A DNA stretch of 42,689 nt, from assembly GCA_036490855.1 (NCBI GenBank), contig DASXDC010000050.1, forward strand, positions 1 to 42,689. The letters run 5' to 3'. Position 1 is the stretch's first letter, and every line of letters starts with the position of its first letter. Below, in pieces: positions 1 to 8,854 of this stretch. The notes under the pieces were generated by a model. That model did no database searches and was not told the origin of the DNA. It worked only from the letters and a program-made list of their open reading frames with translations. Source of the DNA: Chthoniobacterales bacterium. Its GTDB lineage: Bacteria > Verrucomicrobiota > Verrucomicrobiia > Chthoniobacterales > UBA10450. The translations under genes and the position numbers were made by a program.

Positions 1-498
1 TCCTTCGAGGAGTAATGGAACGAGGGCGGCGTGATTTGCGCGCGCCAGCTCAGGGAATATCTGCCGAAAGCTGGCCGCATATTCGAGGCCGAGATTTGGA
101 GGAATTTGCATTCCGGCGATGATGATTTTCACCTTCGGATATTTTGCTCTGACGCGGTCGATGATCTTTTGCAGGTTTGCTTTTGTCTGCGCCACCGGCA
201 GGCCGCGCAAGCCGTCGTTTGCGCCCAGCGCAAGCACAAGCACCTCGATTTTTTTTTGCAGGACCCAATCGAGTCGCGCGAGCCCGCCCGCGCTCGTGTC
301 GCCGCTGATCCCGGCGTTGACCACGTCGAAAGGAAGATTCTTTTGGCGAATCTTTTCCTCAATCAAAGCCGGGTAGGCCTGCTCCGGCGCGACCCCGAGA
401 CCGGCCGTCAAACTGTCGCCGAGAAAGAGAATCGTCCCACCGCAAGCCGAGCTCGCAAGAATGAGGGCGAGGAACGCGCAAACAAATTGGCGTCGCAT
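1..498 (-). CDS. tesA: SGNH/GDSL hydrolase, TesA-like acyl-CoA thioesterase I / lysophospholipase L1 (C-terminus runs off the left window edge)
   Basis: Absent from the ORF track because it is open at the window edge. Reverse translation from ATG at 498 gives MRRQFVCAFLALILASSACGGTILFLGDSLTAGLG...VVNAGISGDTSAGGLARL...ALGANDGLRG. It has a signal peptide plus SGNH blocks I (GDSL), II (G) and III (GxND). It lies divergent to ybbA-ybbP, as in E. coli. Confidence 0.85.
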   Translation of the reverse strand, partial: MRRQFVCAFLALILASSACGGTILFLGDSLTAGLGVAPEQAYPALIEEKIRQKNLPFDVVNAGISGDTSAGGLARLDWVLQKKIEVLVLALGANDGLRGLPVAQTKANLQKIIDRVRAKYPKVKIIIAGMQIPPNLGLEYAASFRQIFPELARANHAALVPLLLEG

Positions 499-560
499 CA
501 TTTTCCCCATGCGGGCCGTGTCGCCATCGCGTAAGCAAACCGCGCTGCCCGGCAGCGTCA

Positions 561-1235
561 ATGAACTCGTTTCCAATTCTCCAGGTCCGCGACCTAACGA
601 AAAGCTATCCAACCGGCGCGGGCCGCTTGACGGTGCTCGAAAAGATTTGCTTCGCGCTCGCGCCGGGCGCGACTTGCGCGATTCTCGGTCCCTCCGGCAG
701 CGGCAAAACCACGCTCCTCGGCCTGGCGGCGGGATTGGATCTGCCGACCTCCGGTTCCGTGCTGCTGAATGGCGTCGACCTCGGCGCGATCGGTGAGGAC
801 GAACGCGCGCGGGTGCGGAACGAGCTGGTCGGTTTTGTCTTCCAGAATTTTCAGCTCATTCCAACACTGACCGCGCTCGAGAACGTGACGGTGCCGCTGG
901 AGTTGCGCGGTGATCGGAGCGCGCGCGTCCTCGGCCGTGAGCTGCTGGAGCGCGTCGGCCTCGGCGAACGAAGCGATCATTATCCGACGCAGCTTTCCGG
1001 CGGCGAACAACAGCGCGTCGCACTCGCGCGCGCTTTTATTAACCGCCCGAAAATACTCTTCGCCGACGAACCGACCGGCAACCTCGATGCCGAGACGAGC
1101 GAGAAGGTGATCGAGATCATGCTTGAGTTGAACCGGACCGCGGGCACCGCACTCGTCCTCGTGACGCACGACGTCGAAGTCGCCCGCCTAACGGAAAAGA
1201 CCATCCGGCTGCGCAACGGAAAGATGATCGAATGA
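561..1235 (+). CDS. ybbA: ABC transporter ATP-binding protein, YbbA/LolD family
   Basis: Walker A GPSGSGKTT, ABC signature LSGGEQQRVA, Walker B ILFADEPTGNLD. ATGA overlap with the downstream permease at 1232-1235. Confidence 0.93.
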   Translation: MNSFPILQVRDLTKSYPTGAGRLTVLEKICFALAPGATCAILGPSGSGKTTLLGLAAGLDLPTSGSVLLNGVDLGAIGEDERARVRNELVGFVFQNFQLIPTLTALENVTVPLELRGDRSARVLGRELLERVGLGERSDHYPTQLSGGEQQRVALARAFINRPKILFADEPTGNLDAETSEKVIEIMLELNRTAGTALVLVTHDVEVARLTEKTIRLRNGKMIE

Positions 1236-3778
1236 CGAGCGGGTTCGCATTCGTCGGCCGCATGGCCTGGCGCGACAGCCGCTCCAGTCGGCGGCGGCTC
1301 CTCCTTTTCTCGATTTCGATTTCGTTAGGCGTAGCCGCCCTGATCGCGATCGGCCTCTTCCGCGCCAGTCTTTCGCAGGCGATCGACGACCAGGCGCGCA
1401 CCCTGCTCGGGGCCGACCTGGTGGTGGAAAGCCCGCGTCCGTTCACGCCCGCGCAGGAAGAAATGCTCCATTCGTTAGGCGAAACTCAGGCGCGTGAAGT
1501 GCGTTTCCGCACCATGGCGGTCTTCCCGAAGTCCGGCGGCACCCGGCTTGTCTCCGTCCGCGCGCTCGGAGGAAATTTTCCCTTCTACGGCAGGATGGAA
1601 ACGACGCCGCCATCGGCCGCGCAGAACTTTCGCAACGGCGTCGAAACCGTGCCGGAAGAAAGCCTGCTCTTCCAATTCCACGCCCGGGTTGGGGATCCGA
1701 TGAAGATCGGCCAGATCACTTTCAAGATCGTGGGTGCCCTGATCAAAATGCCTGGCGAAGCCTCGCCCGCCGCCAGTTTCGCCCCGCGCGTTTACATTCC
1801 GCTGCAGAACCTCGCACAGACCAATCTCCTCCAACCCGGCAGCCTCGCGCGCTATCTCGATTTCGTGAAATTCGCTCCCGGAGCCGATGTCGCGACTGAG
1901 GTGAAAAAACTCGCGCCGCGGATCGAAGCGACCGGACTCGAATATGACACGGTCGCGAAGCGCAAAAAGAATCTCGGCGAAGCACTCGATAATCTCTATC
2001 GCTTTCTCAACCTCGTCGGTTTCATCTCGCTCCTCCTCGGTGCGGTCGGCGTGGCGAGTGCAATCCAGGCGCATCTCCAGCAAAAAATGCGGACGGCCGC
2101 GATTCTGCGCTGCCTCGGCGCCCCCGGCCGGATGACGGTCGCCATTTATCTGCTGCAGGCGATCGCGATGGGTTTGATCGGTGTCGTGACGGGAGCGGGC
2201 ATTGGCCTAACGATCCATCGACTCCTCCCCGCGACCCTGCAGAAATTCATCCCTTTCCCGATCCCGCACATGATCGCCTGGACACCGGTCTGGTCTGGGA
2301 TGCTCGTCGGTCTGCTCGTTTGCATTCTTTTCGCGCTTCCGCCGCTCCTTCGTTTCCGGCGAGTCTCACCGCTTCTCGCTTTGCGGGCGGCGGTGGATGA
2401 AAAAGCCCCGTCCTCCCGACGAGATCCCGTCACCTGGCTCGTCTATCTTGTCATCGCCGCAAGCCTGACGGGATTCGCCATCTGGCAGGCTGATGCGTGG
2501 AGCGACGGCTTGTTTGCCGCAGGCGGATTGGGCATCGCGATCGGCATTCTGCTTGGCATCGCGAAGTTGCTCATCCTGCTCGTTCGCCACCTCCTGCCGG
2601 GACGCTGGAGCTTCGTTCTCCGGCAGGGCCTGGCCAATCTCCATCGACCTCACAATCGCACTTTGCTTCTGACCCTCTCGTTAGGCTTGGGGACTTTTTT
2701 ACTTCTCACGATCTACGTGACGCGCGATGTCCTGCTCACGCAATTCCGCTCGGTCGACGCGCGCGATCAGCCCAATATTTTTCTTTTCGACATCCAGCCG
2801 GAGCAGACGAAAGCCGTCGCTGAACTCGTTAGGCAACAGAAGCTTCCGATCATTCAGGAGGCGTCGATCGTCACGATGCGGCTGGTGGAAGTGAAAGGGC
2901 GCAAGTCCTCCGAAATTCTGAAAGATCCGCAACGGAAGGCGCCGGAATGGGAACTGGAGCGCGAATATCGCTCGACCTACCGGGCGGACCTGAGCGCGAC
3001 GGAGAAGATCGTGGCTGGGAGGTGGATCGGCCATTTCGATTATCATACCGGAGACACCGTGCCGGTTTCGGTCGAGCAGGATATCGCGAAGGATCTTGGC
3101 CTAACGATCGGCGACACGCTGGTTTTCGACATTCAGGGGGTGCCGATCAAGACACGGGTCGCGAGCTTGCGCGAGGTCGATTGGAAGCGTTTTCAAACGA
3201 ACTTCTTCATTGTTTTCCCGACCGGCGTTCTGGAAAACGCTCCGACCTTTAACGTGCTCGTGAGCCGGGTGCCAACGCCGGCCGCCTCCGCCCGCCTGCA
3301 AAATGCGACCGTGGCCAGATTCCCTAACGTCTCGGCGCTCGATCTGACTTCCGTCATCCAAACCGTCGATTCGATCCTAATCAAGGTCGCGCTCGTCATC
3401 CGCATCATGTCGCTCTTCACCGTCGGCACCGGGCTGATTGTGCTCGGGAGCACGATCTGGAGTGGCCGTTATCAAAGGCTGAAGGAGAGCGTGTTGCTGA
3501 GAACGTTAGGCGCCTCGCGCGCCCAGATCTGGAAAATTCTCTGCGCGGAATATCTCTTCCTTGGTCTGCTCGCGAGCGCGACCGGCATTCTGCTCGCCCT
3601 GGCGGCGAGTTGGGCGCTGGCCGTCTTTGCCTTCCGGCTCGATTACACTTTTTCGTTTCTGCCGATCGCGAGCGCGGCGTTGGTCGTGACCGCGCTCACG
3701 GTCGCAATCGGGCTGCTCACGAGTTACGGCGTCGGCTCGACGCCGCCTCTCGCCATCCTGCGCGAGGAGCTGGATTGA
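1232..3778 (+). CDS. ybbP: FtsX-like ABC transporter permease, YbbP-type (two fused permease modules)
   Basis: 848-aa ORF with two blocks of hydrophobic helices separated by large soluble loops (MacB/LolE/FtsX architecture). Translationally coupled to the ATPase. Confidence 0.9.
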   Translation: MTSGFAFVGRMAWRDSRSSRRRLLLFSISISLGVAALIAIGLFRASLSQAIDDQARTLLGADLVVESPRPFTPAQEEMLHSLGETQAREVRFRTMAVFPKSGGTRLVSVRALGGNFPFYGRMETTPPSAAQNFRNGVETVPEESLLFQFHARVGDPMKIGQITFKIVGALIKMPGEASPAASFAPRVYIPLQNLAQTNLLQPGSLARYLDFVKFAPGADVATEVKKLAPRIEATGLEYDTVAKRKKNLGEALDNLYRFLNLVGFISLLLGAVGVASAIQAHLQQKMRTAAILRCLGAPGRMTVAIYLLQAIAMGLIGVVTGAGIGLTIHRLLPATLQKFIPFPIPHMIAWTPVWSGMLVGLLVCILFALPPLLRFRRVSPLLALRAAVDEKAPSSRRDPVTWLVYLVIAASLTGFAIWQADAWSDGLFAAGGLGIAIGILLGIAKLLILLVRHLLPGRWSFVLRQGLANLHRPHNRTLLLTLSLGLGTFLLLTIYVTRDVLLTQFRSVDARDQPNIFLFDIQPEQTKAVAELVRQQKLPIIQEASIVTMRLVEVKGRKSSEILKDPQRKAPEWELEREYRSTYRADLSATEKIVAGRWIGHFDYHTGDTVPVSVEQDIAKDLGLTIGDTLVFDIQGVPIKTRVASLREVDWKRFQTNFFIVFPTGVLENAPTFNVLVSRVPTPAASARLQNATVARFPNVSALDLTSVIQTVDSILIKVALVIRIMSLFTVGTGLIVLGSTIWSGRYQRLKESVLLRTLGASRAQIWKILCAEYLFLGLLASATGILLALAASWALAVFAFRLDYTFSFLPIASAALVVTALTVAIGLLTSYGVGSTPPLAILREELD

Positions 3779-4458
3779 CGAAGCGCGCTCAGTTCGCTTT
3801 TGGTTAGGGGACGCCAGGCGCCGCGCGGCATTTCATCGAGGCGGAGGGGTCCGATCCGGGTCCGGAGGAGGCGTTTCACCTCGTAATCGAGTTCGTAGAA
3901 CATCCGGCGGATCTGTCGGTTCAGGCCCTGTTGCAGGATGACGCGCAATCGGGTGGGGCCAAACTGCTGGATGCTCGTTAGGCGCGCGCGTTTCCCGTCG
4001 AGGAAAATGCCGCTTTGCAGTTTCTCGGATAGCTTTGGATCCCAGCGCCGATCGAGGGTGACTTCGTATTCCTTCTCCACCTTGTAGCGCGGATGAGTGA
4101 GACGCTGGGAAAGGTCGCCATCGCTCGTGAGAAGGAGGAGCCCTTCGGTCTGAGCGTCGAGCCGGCCGACATTGAAGAGCCGGGAGAATTTTGCCGGCAA
4201 GAGATCGTAGATCGTGTCGGTGGCGTGCGGATCGTGCCGGGTGGAAACGAAGCCGGCCGGTTTGTAGAGAGCGATTGTCAGCGTTTCGGCTACCCTAACG
4301 ACACGTCGGTCGACTTTGACATGATCGCTCGCTTCCACCTGCGTGCCGAAATTCGTGCAGGGCTGGCCGTTGAGTGTAACCCGGCCGGCGGCGATCAGCT
4401 CGTCGCAATGCCGGCGCGAGCCGAGCCCGGCGGCAGCGAGAAAACGATTGAGGCGCAC
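3724..4458 (-). CDS. rRNA pseudouridine synthase, RsuA/RluB/RluF family
   Basis: N-terminal S4 domain (MRLNRFLAAAGLGSRRHCDELI) and catalytic motif GRLDAQTEGLLLLTSDGDL. The 3' end overlaps ybbP convergently by 55 nt. Confidence 0.9.
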   Translation of the reverse strand: MRLNRFLAAAGLGSRRHCDELIAAGRVTLNGQPCTNFGTQVEASDHVKVDRRVVRVAETLTIALYKPAGFVSTRHDPHATDTIYDLLPAKFSRLFNVGRLDAQTEGLLLLTSDGDLSQRLTHPRYKVEKEYEVTLDRRWDPKLSEKLQSGIFLDGKRARLTSIQQFGPTRLRVILQQGLNRQIRRMFYELDYEVKRLLRTRIGPLRLDEMPRGAWRPLTKSELSALRQSSSSRRMARGGVEPTP

Positions 4459-4534
4459 TTTAGCTGAGAGTCTCTAGTTGAGAGAACGAGCCCCAACTCG
4501 CTCTCAACGATCAACCCTCGACCATCAACTGTTC

Positions 4535-4690
4535 CTAGAGATCGGGCTTGGTCTTCGGCAATCCGATGACTTTGCTCGTCTCTTTCCACCGGCCGCGCTT
4601 CTTGAGCAGCTCGACCCGCTCGAATCGTTTCAAGACATTGCGCTTCGCCGCGATGGTGCTGGCGCCTTTTAGACTACGATGCTGCGACAT
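4535..4690 (-). CDS. small basic protein, 51 aa (below the ORF-track length cut-off)
   Basis: ATG at 4690, TAG at 4535-4537. Translation: MSQHRSLKGASTIAAKRNVLKRFERVELLKKRGRWKETSKVIGLPKTKPDL. GGAG lies 9 nt upstream of the ATG. It fills an otherwise empty 278-bp gap, and an imperfect hairpin (4478-4509) lies downstream. Confidence 0.6.
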   Translation of the reverse strand: MSQHRSLKGASTIAAKRNVLKRFERVELLKKRGRWKETSKVIGLPKTKPDL

Positions 4691-4736
4691 AAAGGTTTGC
4701 TCCGGGTTGTGCTCCGAAAATGAGCGGGCAAGGTAA

Positions 4737-5315
4737 GTGGCTTCGCGGATTTTTCAAATGGATAACCGATTCTTGTCGCGGCCTCTTTCGGGAAGGCAGG
4801 CACTGGGAATGGTTGCACTCTTGGTCATCGGCGTCTGCCTCGTCTGCTGTCGCGAAATTGACTGGTTTCTCCTCAAGCGCTCGCTCCGGAGCAAATTCAG
4901 CGACGTAGATTGGATCACGACACAGCAATTGGCCGATTGGCTATCGGAAAAAAATCGGCCGCCTCCGGTGTTGTTCGATGTGCGTACGCTGGCGGAGTGG
5001 AACGTCAGCCACTTGGCTGGCGCGCGCCGGGTCGATCCGAACATGGGCGCGAAAAGCGCGGCGCAAGGCTTGGCGAAAGACACGCCGATCGTGACTTATT
5101 GTTCGGTTGGTTACAGGTCGGGCAAGATGGCGCGGCGGCTGCAGGCGGCTGGCTATACAGAAGTACGGGATTTGGAAGGCTCGATCTTCGAATGGGCGAA
5201 CGAGCATCGGCCGCTGGTCCGCGATGGCAACCGCGTGAGCGAGGTGCACCCGTACAACGTGACCTGGGGCCGACTGCTCCAACCGGAGGTCAGGGCCGCG
5301 ATTCCGAGATTCTGA
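4737..5315 (+). CDS. rhodanese-domain sulfurtransferase with N-terminal membrane anchor
   Basis: VLFDVRTLAEWNVSHLAGA plus active-site loop YCSVGYRSG. GTG start at 4737 (AAGG upstream); an alternative ATG at 4758 is possible. Confidence 0.85.
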   Translation: MASRIFQMDNRFLSRPLSGRQALGMVALLVIGVCLVCCREIDWFLLKRSLRSKFSDVDWITTQQLADWLSEKNRPPPVLFDVRTLAEWNVSHLAGARRVDPNMGAKSAAQGLAKDTPIVTYCSVGYRSGKMARRLQAAGYTEVRDLEGSIFEWANEHRPLVRDGNRVSEVHPYNVTWGRLLQPEVRAAIPRF

Positions 5316-5324
5316 TGTGTCCGC

Positions 5325-7121
5325 CTAACGACGGTTGCTGAGGAGAACGGTCGTGCCGCAGGTCGTCAGCTCCTCGACGCGCGCGCCGGTCGGATGCAGG
5401 ACTGCGCGCCAATGCGACAGCCGTCGCTCTTCTGCCAGCAGGTAAACGCGATTTGTTCCTGCCCAAGCCTGTTGCAGCATTTTCTCATTGAGAAAAACAT
5501 TGCGCGTCGGCCCGAGGGCCGCGCCTGGAATCGAGGCCGGGTCCTGATCCACCAGATAGAATTTGCGGCCGAGATAAAAGAGCAGGCTGCTCCCGACATG
5601 CATCGGCCCGTCGTACACAATGGTGTCGTTAGGCGCGATTCGCTCCTGGATGAAACCGGCCGCGTCGGCCAGGGAAAAATAGGGGGCCATCCGCGCCACG
5701 CCATCCATCATGTTGAAACCGATCGGCAACATCGCAGCTGCGAGCGCGGTCAGAGCGAGCCGCGGCCGTTCACGAGCGACAAACCAGAGTGCGATGATCG
5801 GAAAGAGAATCAGCGTGCAGCCGATGACGACGAACATCGAGCGGAACCCGAGCCAGGTGGAAATCGGAATCGAAGTAATCGTTCGCCAGGCCGTAGAGCG
5901 GTCGGCGGTTGTGTTCCATCCGCCGCTCGCGTGGTCGAGCAAATAAGGTAACCGCCACGCGACGAATGCCGCCAGCAAGCCAACCGCGAGCACGAGGCTG
6001 ATCCCGGCGAAGCGCGTCCAGCGCGGCATCCGATCCCAGGTCGTCGCGACAAAAATCGCGAACCCGCTCCACATGCTCATCGAATAATAATCCTGGCGCT
6101 GGCCGATGACGAAGAGCGGCAGAAAAACCACCGCCATCCAACAAAGCGGAAGCGCATCGTTGAACTCGATCTCGCGAGGGCGGATCACCCGCCCCCACGC
6201 GAAAATGATCCCAGGCAAAATCAGAAAGGACCACGGAAACCACCACGCGAGATGGAGGGCGAGAAAGGTGCTCCGCGCCACGCTGTCGTAGCTATGTGCG
6301 GCATCCGGCGCGCCCATGAGATGGATGAACCATTCGTGCGCCGTGAAGCTCTCGATGAACCCCGGGTGTTTCCATTCCAGCCAGACGTGCCAGGGCAGCG
6401 CGATGAGGAGAAAAACAGCGATGCCTTCCCAGCGAAGCAGAGCGCGGAAACGCATCCGCGCTTCCCGATAAAAACAGGAAAGCAAAGCGACAATCGCAGC
6501 CGGATAGAGAAAGCCGTGCAAGCTCTTCGTCATGCAGGCAAGCGCGGCGCAAACCCAAAAACCGACGAACCAGCCGCGTCGACCCTGACGCCGTTCGTAG
6601 CCCCGAATCGCGCAGTAGATTGCGCCAGCGACGAAGACGCTGAAGAGCGGCTCCGGCATGATGATCCGGCCGAAAAGGAACATCCCGCAGGAGCCGAGAT
6701 GAATAAGCCCGGCCAGAAATCCGCGCCACGGTCCTCCGAGGCGGTCGCCGATGAGAAACGTAAGTGCGATGGAAGCGAAGGTGGCAAGCGCGATCGGGAG
6801 ACGCGCCGCCGCCGTCGTTAGGCCAAAGGCTTTCAAGGAAATCGCGATCGCCCAGTAGAGGAGCGGCGGCTTTTGCGGCCGCGGGATGCCGTCGTTCGTC
6901 GGCGTGAGCCAGTGCTGCGACTCGAGCATCTCGCGCGCGGCCCCGGCATACTGACCGTCGGTCTCGTTGTAGAGTTCGCCCCAGCCGACTGTCGCGATAT
7001 GCACGAGCGCCGTTAGCCCAAGAAGAAAAAGAAAGAGTGCGCGCCGAATCGGCGGCGGCTTAAGAGCCTGCGGCGGAAGGAAGACCTCGTCGAGACTGAG
7101 AGCGGGATTGCCTGAGGACAT
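5325..7121 (-). CDS. GT-C fold glycosyltransferase, family 39 / ArnT-like (polyprenyl-phosphate-sugar dependent)
   Basis: 598 aa and polytopic. The N-terminal loop [27 protein letters not shown]...PQKPPLLYW is typical of ArnT/PMT-type enzymes. The TAG stop lies inside a copy of the 8-mer motif. Confidence 0.85.
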   Translation of the reverse strand: MSSGNPALSLDEVFLPPQALKPPPIRRALFLFLLGLTALVHIATVGWGELYNETDGQYAGAAREMLESQHWLTPTNDGIPRPQKPPLLYWAIAISLKAFGLTTAAARLPIALATFASIALTFLIGDRLGGPWRGFLAGLIHLGSCGMFLFGRIIMPEPLFSVFVAGAIYCAIRGYERRQGRRGWFVGFWVCAALACMTKSLHGFLYPAAIVALLSCFYREARMRFRALLRWEGIAVFLLIALPWHVWLEWKHPGFIESFTAHEWFIHLMGAPDAAHSYDSVARSTFLALHLAWWFPWSFLILPGIIFAWGRVIRPREIEFNDALPLCWMAVVFLPLFVIGQRQDYYSMSMWSGFAIFVATTWDRMPRWTRFAGISLVLAVGLLAAFVAWRLPYLLDHASGGWNTTADRSTAWRTITSIPISTWLGFRSMFVVIGCTLILFPIIALWFVARERPRLALTALAAAMLPIGFNMMDGVARMAPYFSLADAAGFIQERIAPNDTIVYDGPMHVGSSLLFYLGRKFYLVDQDPASIPGAALGPTRNVFLNEKMLQQAWAGTNRVYLLAEERRLSHWRAVLHPTGARVEELTTCGTTVLLSNRR

Positions 7122-7170
7122 TTTTCGTTAGGCTGGCCTTTCCGGCTTGGTTTTGTCTGCCGCCGGAATT

Positions 7171-7614
7171 CTAGCGATCGCTCGCCCCAGCTTCGGAAGC
7201 GCGGAAATGGTCCCACTCCTCCGGGAGACGAAGCAGCTTCGCCTCCGGCATTTGGACGAGAGCCAGCATCTGGCGGCATTCGGCGATAAGAAGATCATCA
7301 CTCAGCCGGCGAATTTGAAAGGCGCACCAAAACCTGACCCGCTCGACCCGATCCAGCCAGCCGTCGACCCGCAGGCGGTCGCCGAGTTTGGCCGCGCGGC
7401 GGTAATCGATCTCCGTCCGCACGACGACCGGATAGCGCTGCGTCTCGGCCATCTCGATTAGCTTCATCCCGAGCTGTTCGGCGAGGAGTGTGCGCGCGAC
7501 CTCGATGAAACGCAGATAGGCGATATTGTGCACGACCGCGCCGCAATCGGTATCGAAGAACATCACCTGGACATCAGTTTGAATGCGCGGAGCAAGTTTG
7601 GTCACTCCGCTCAT
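7171..7614 (-). CDS. hotdog-fold acyl-CoA thioesterase (4HBT/YbgC-like)
   Basis: VMFFDTDCGAVVHNIAYLRFIEVART matches the YbgC-type N-terminal catalytic Asp region. 147 aa. Confidence 0.85.
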   Translation of the reverse strand: MSGVTKLAPRIQTDVQVMFFDTDCGAVVHNIAYLRFIEVARTLLAEQLGMKLIEMAETQRYPVVVRTEIDYRRAAKLGDRLRVDGWLDRVERVRFWCAFQIRRLSDDLLIAECRQMLALVQMPEAKLLRLPEEWDHFRASEAGASDR

Positions 7615-7654
7615 CTTTCCGAAACGCGCGGTGAAAGCAACCGCACAGAATTGG

Positions 7655-8470
7655 TCAGAGCCGGACGAGATCGAGCAGGAACTGGCACCAGAGATAGATC
7701 ATCCCGCGCCAGGAGTACTTGATCTCACCGCCAGGGGTTTGCATGAGGACGCCGGTCGCGATGTTGTGCGCGATCTGGTCGCGCAGGTCATTCTCGATTT
7801 CCTCCTGAATGCGATCCTCATCGAGCGGATCGATCAGCTCGTGTTCGACTGTGTTGTCGCGCAGGAAGCCTTTGTGGCTGTGATAAAGCTGCCAAAAAGT
7901 CTGGTCGGGCCGCTGACGGTTGATGCGAAATTGCGGGGTTAACTTCAAGCCGTAGGACAAGGGATAATTCCACGTCGTCCAGATCGTGCCGTCGCGCGCG
8001 CGGGAGGAAATGCGCAGGTAATAAAAGGAAAGGTCGTGCTGCTCATTCAGGCAGATGGTGGCTTGGGCCCGATCTTCCTCCCGGTAAAAGAGGCGAAAAA
8101 ACTGCCGGTAATCTTCCCAATCCCAGCCCGCATCGCTGAGGTGCCTGAAGCCTTCGCTTTCGATCTGCGCCGTGATCTCGTCCAGGGTTGGGAAAACGTC
8201 GGCCGAGGGTGGGCTCTTTGGGCGGAGCGCTTTTTCGCGCGGGAGACGAAGCGCGCGGATGCGGGTGAGAATTTCCAGCCAGGGAAGAAAGAGCCAGCTT
8301 AGGGCGCTGATCATCCCGAGCACCCAGCTGCCGGTGATGAAGTAGATGGCGAGAAACGAGGCGGTGAGGATGCCGAAGGCGCCGACCTTCTGCGAAATGG
8401 AGGATTGGTAGCTGCGAAGGGCGACGCTGAGCACAGCGACCCCGAGGGTGATAAAAAGCCCGAACAGCAT
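7655..8470 (-). CDS. uncharacterised membrane protein (about 3 N-terminal TM helices plus about 190-aa soluble domain)
   Basis: 271-aa ORF with coding-like composition. Its ATG at 8470 abuts the stop of the upstream glutaredoxin-like gene. I recognise no family. Confidence 0.7.
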   Translation of the reverse strand: MLFGLFITLGVAVLSVALRSYQSSISQKVGAFGILTASFLAIYFITGSWVLGMISALSWLFLPWLEILTRIRALRLPREKALRPKSPPSADVFPTLDEITAQIESEGFRHLSDAGWDWEDYRQFFRLFYREEDRAQATICLNEQHDLSFYYLRISSRARDGTIWTTWNYPLSYGLKLTPQFRINRQRPDQTFWQLYHSHKGFLRDNTVEHELIDPLDEDRIQEEIENDLRDQIAHNIATGVLMQTPGGEIKYSWRGMIYLWCQFLLDLVRL

Positions 8471-8737
8471 TTACGGGACGATGTCGTGCTCGCGCAGGAA
8501 TTTCTCCAGTTGATCGGTATCGAAATTCGCCAGCACTTCATCGCCCGCGACGAGTGTCGGGACGTAAGTCTGATCGCTCAGCTCCTTCATTTCCTGGTAA
8601 GCGGCGCGATCTTCTCCGACGTTGATCTCGGTGAACTTGTAGCCGCGTGCGGTGAGGTATTCTTTTGCGTCGATACACCACGAGCACCATTCGCGGCTGA
8701 AAAGTCTGATCTCGGTCGGCACCGGGGGAATAAACAA
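8471..8737 (-). CDS. glutaredoxin/NrdH-like thioredoxin-fold protein
   Basis: IRLFSREWCSWCIDAKEYLTARGYKFTEINV...TYVPTLV shows a CxxC (CSWC) and the cis-Pro region of the glutaredoxin fold. Confidence 0.85.
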   Translation of the reverse strand: MFIPPVPTEIRLFSREWCSWCIDAKEYLTARGYKFTEINVGEDRAAYQEMKELSDQTYVPTLVAGDEVLANFDTDQLEKFLREHDIVP

Positions 8738-8854
8738 ATTCCGCGATGGGCGTCAATCAATCACTCGCGTGCTGATTCGTGTCCGGTTAACCGACGGCGT
8801 CGTCTGGCCTATCCCGGCGCAGAATGATTGCCTAACGAGTCGGAGCGCTCCCGA

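Noticed and set aside
31-534. 167-aa + strand ORF at the left edge
   Set aside because: It is antisense to the TesA-like gene, whose GDSL, G and GxND blocks are unambiguous on the minus strand.
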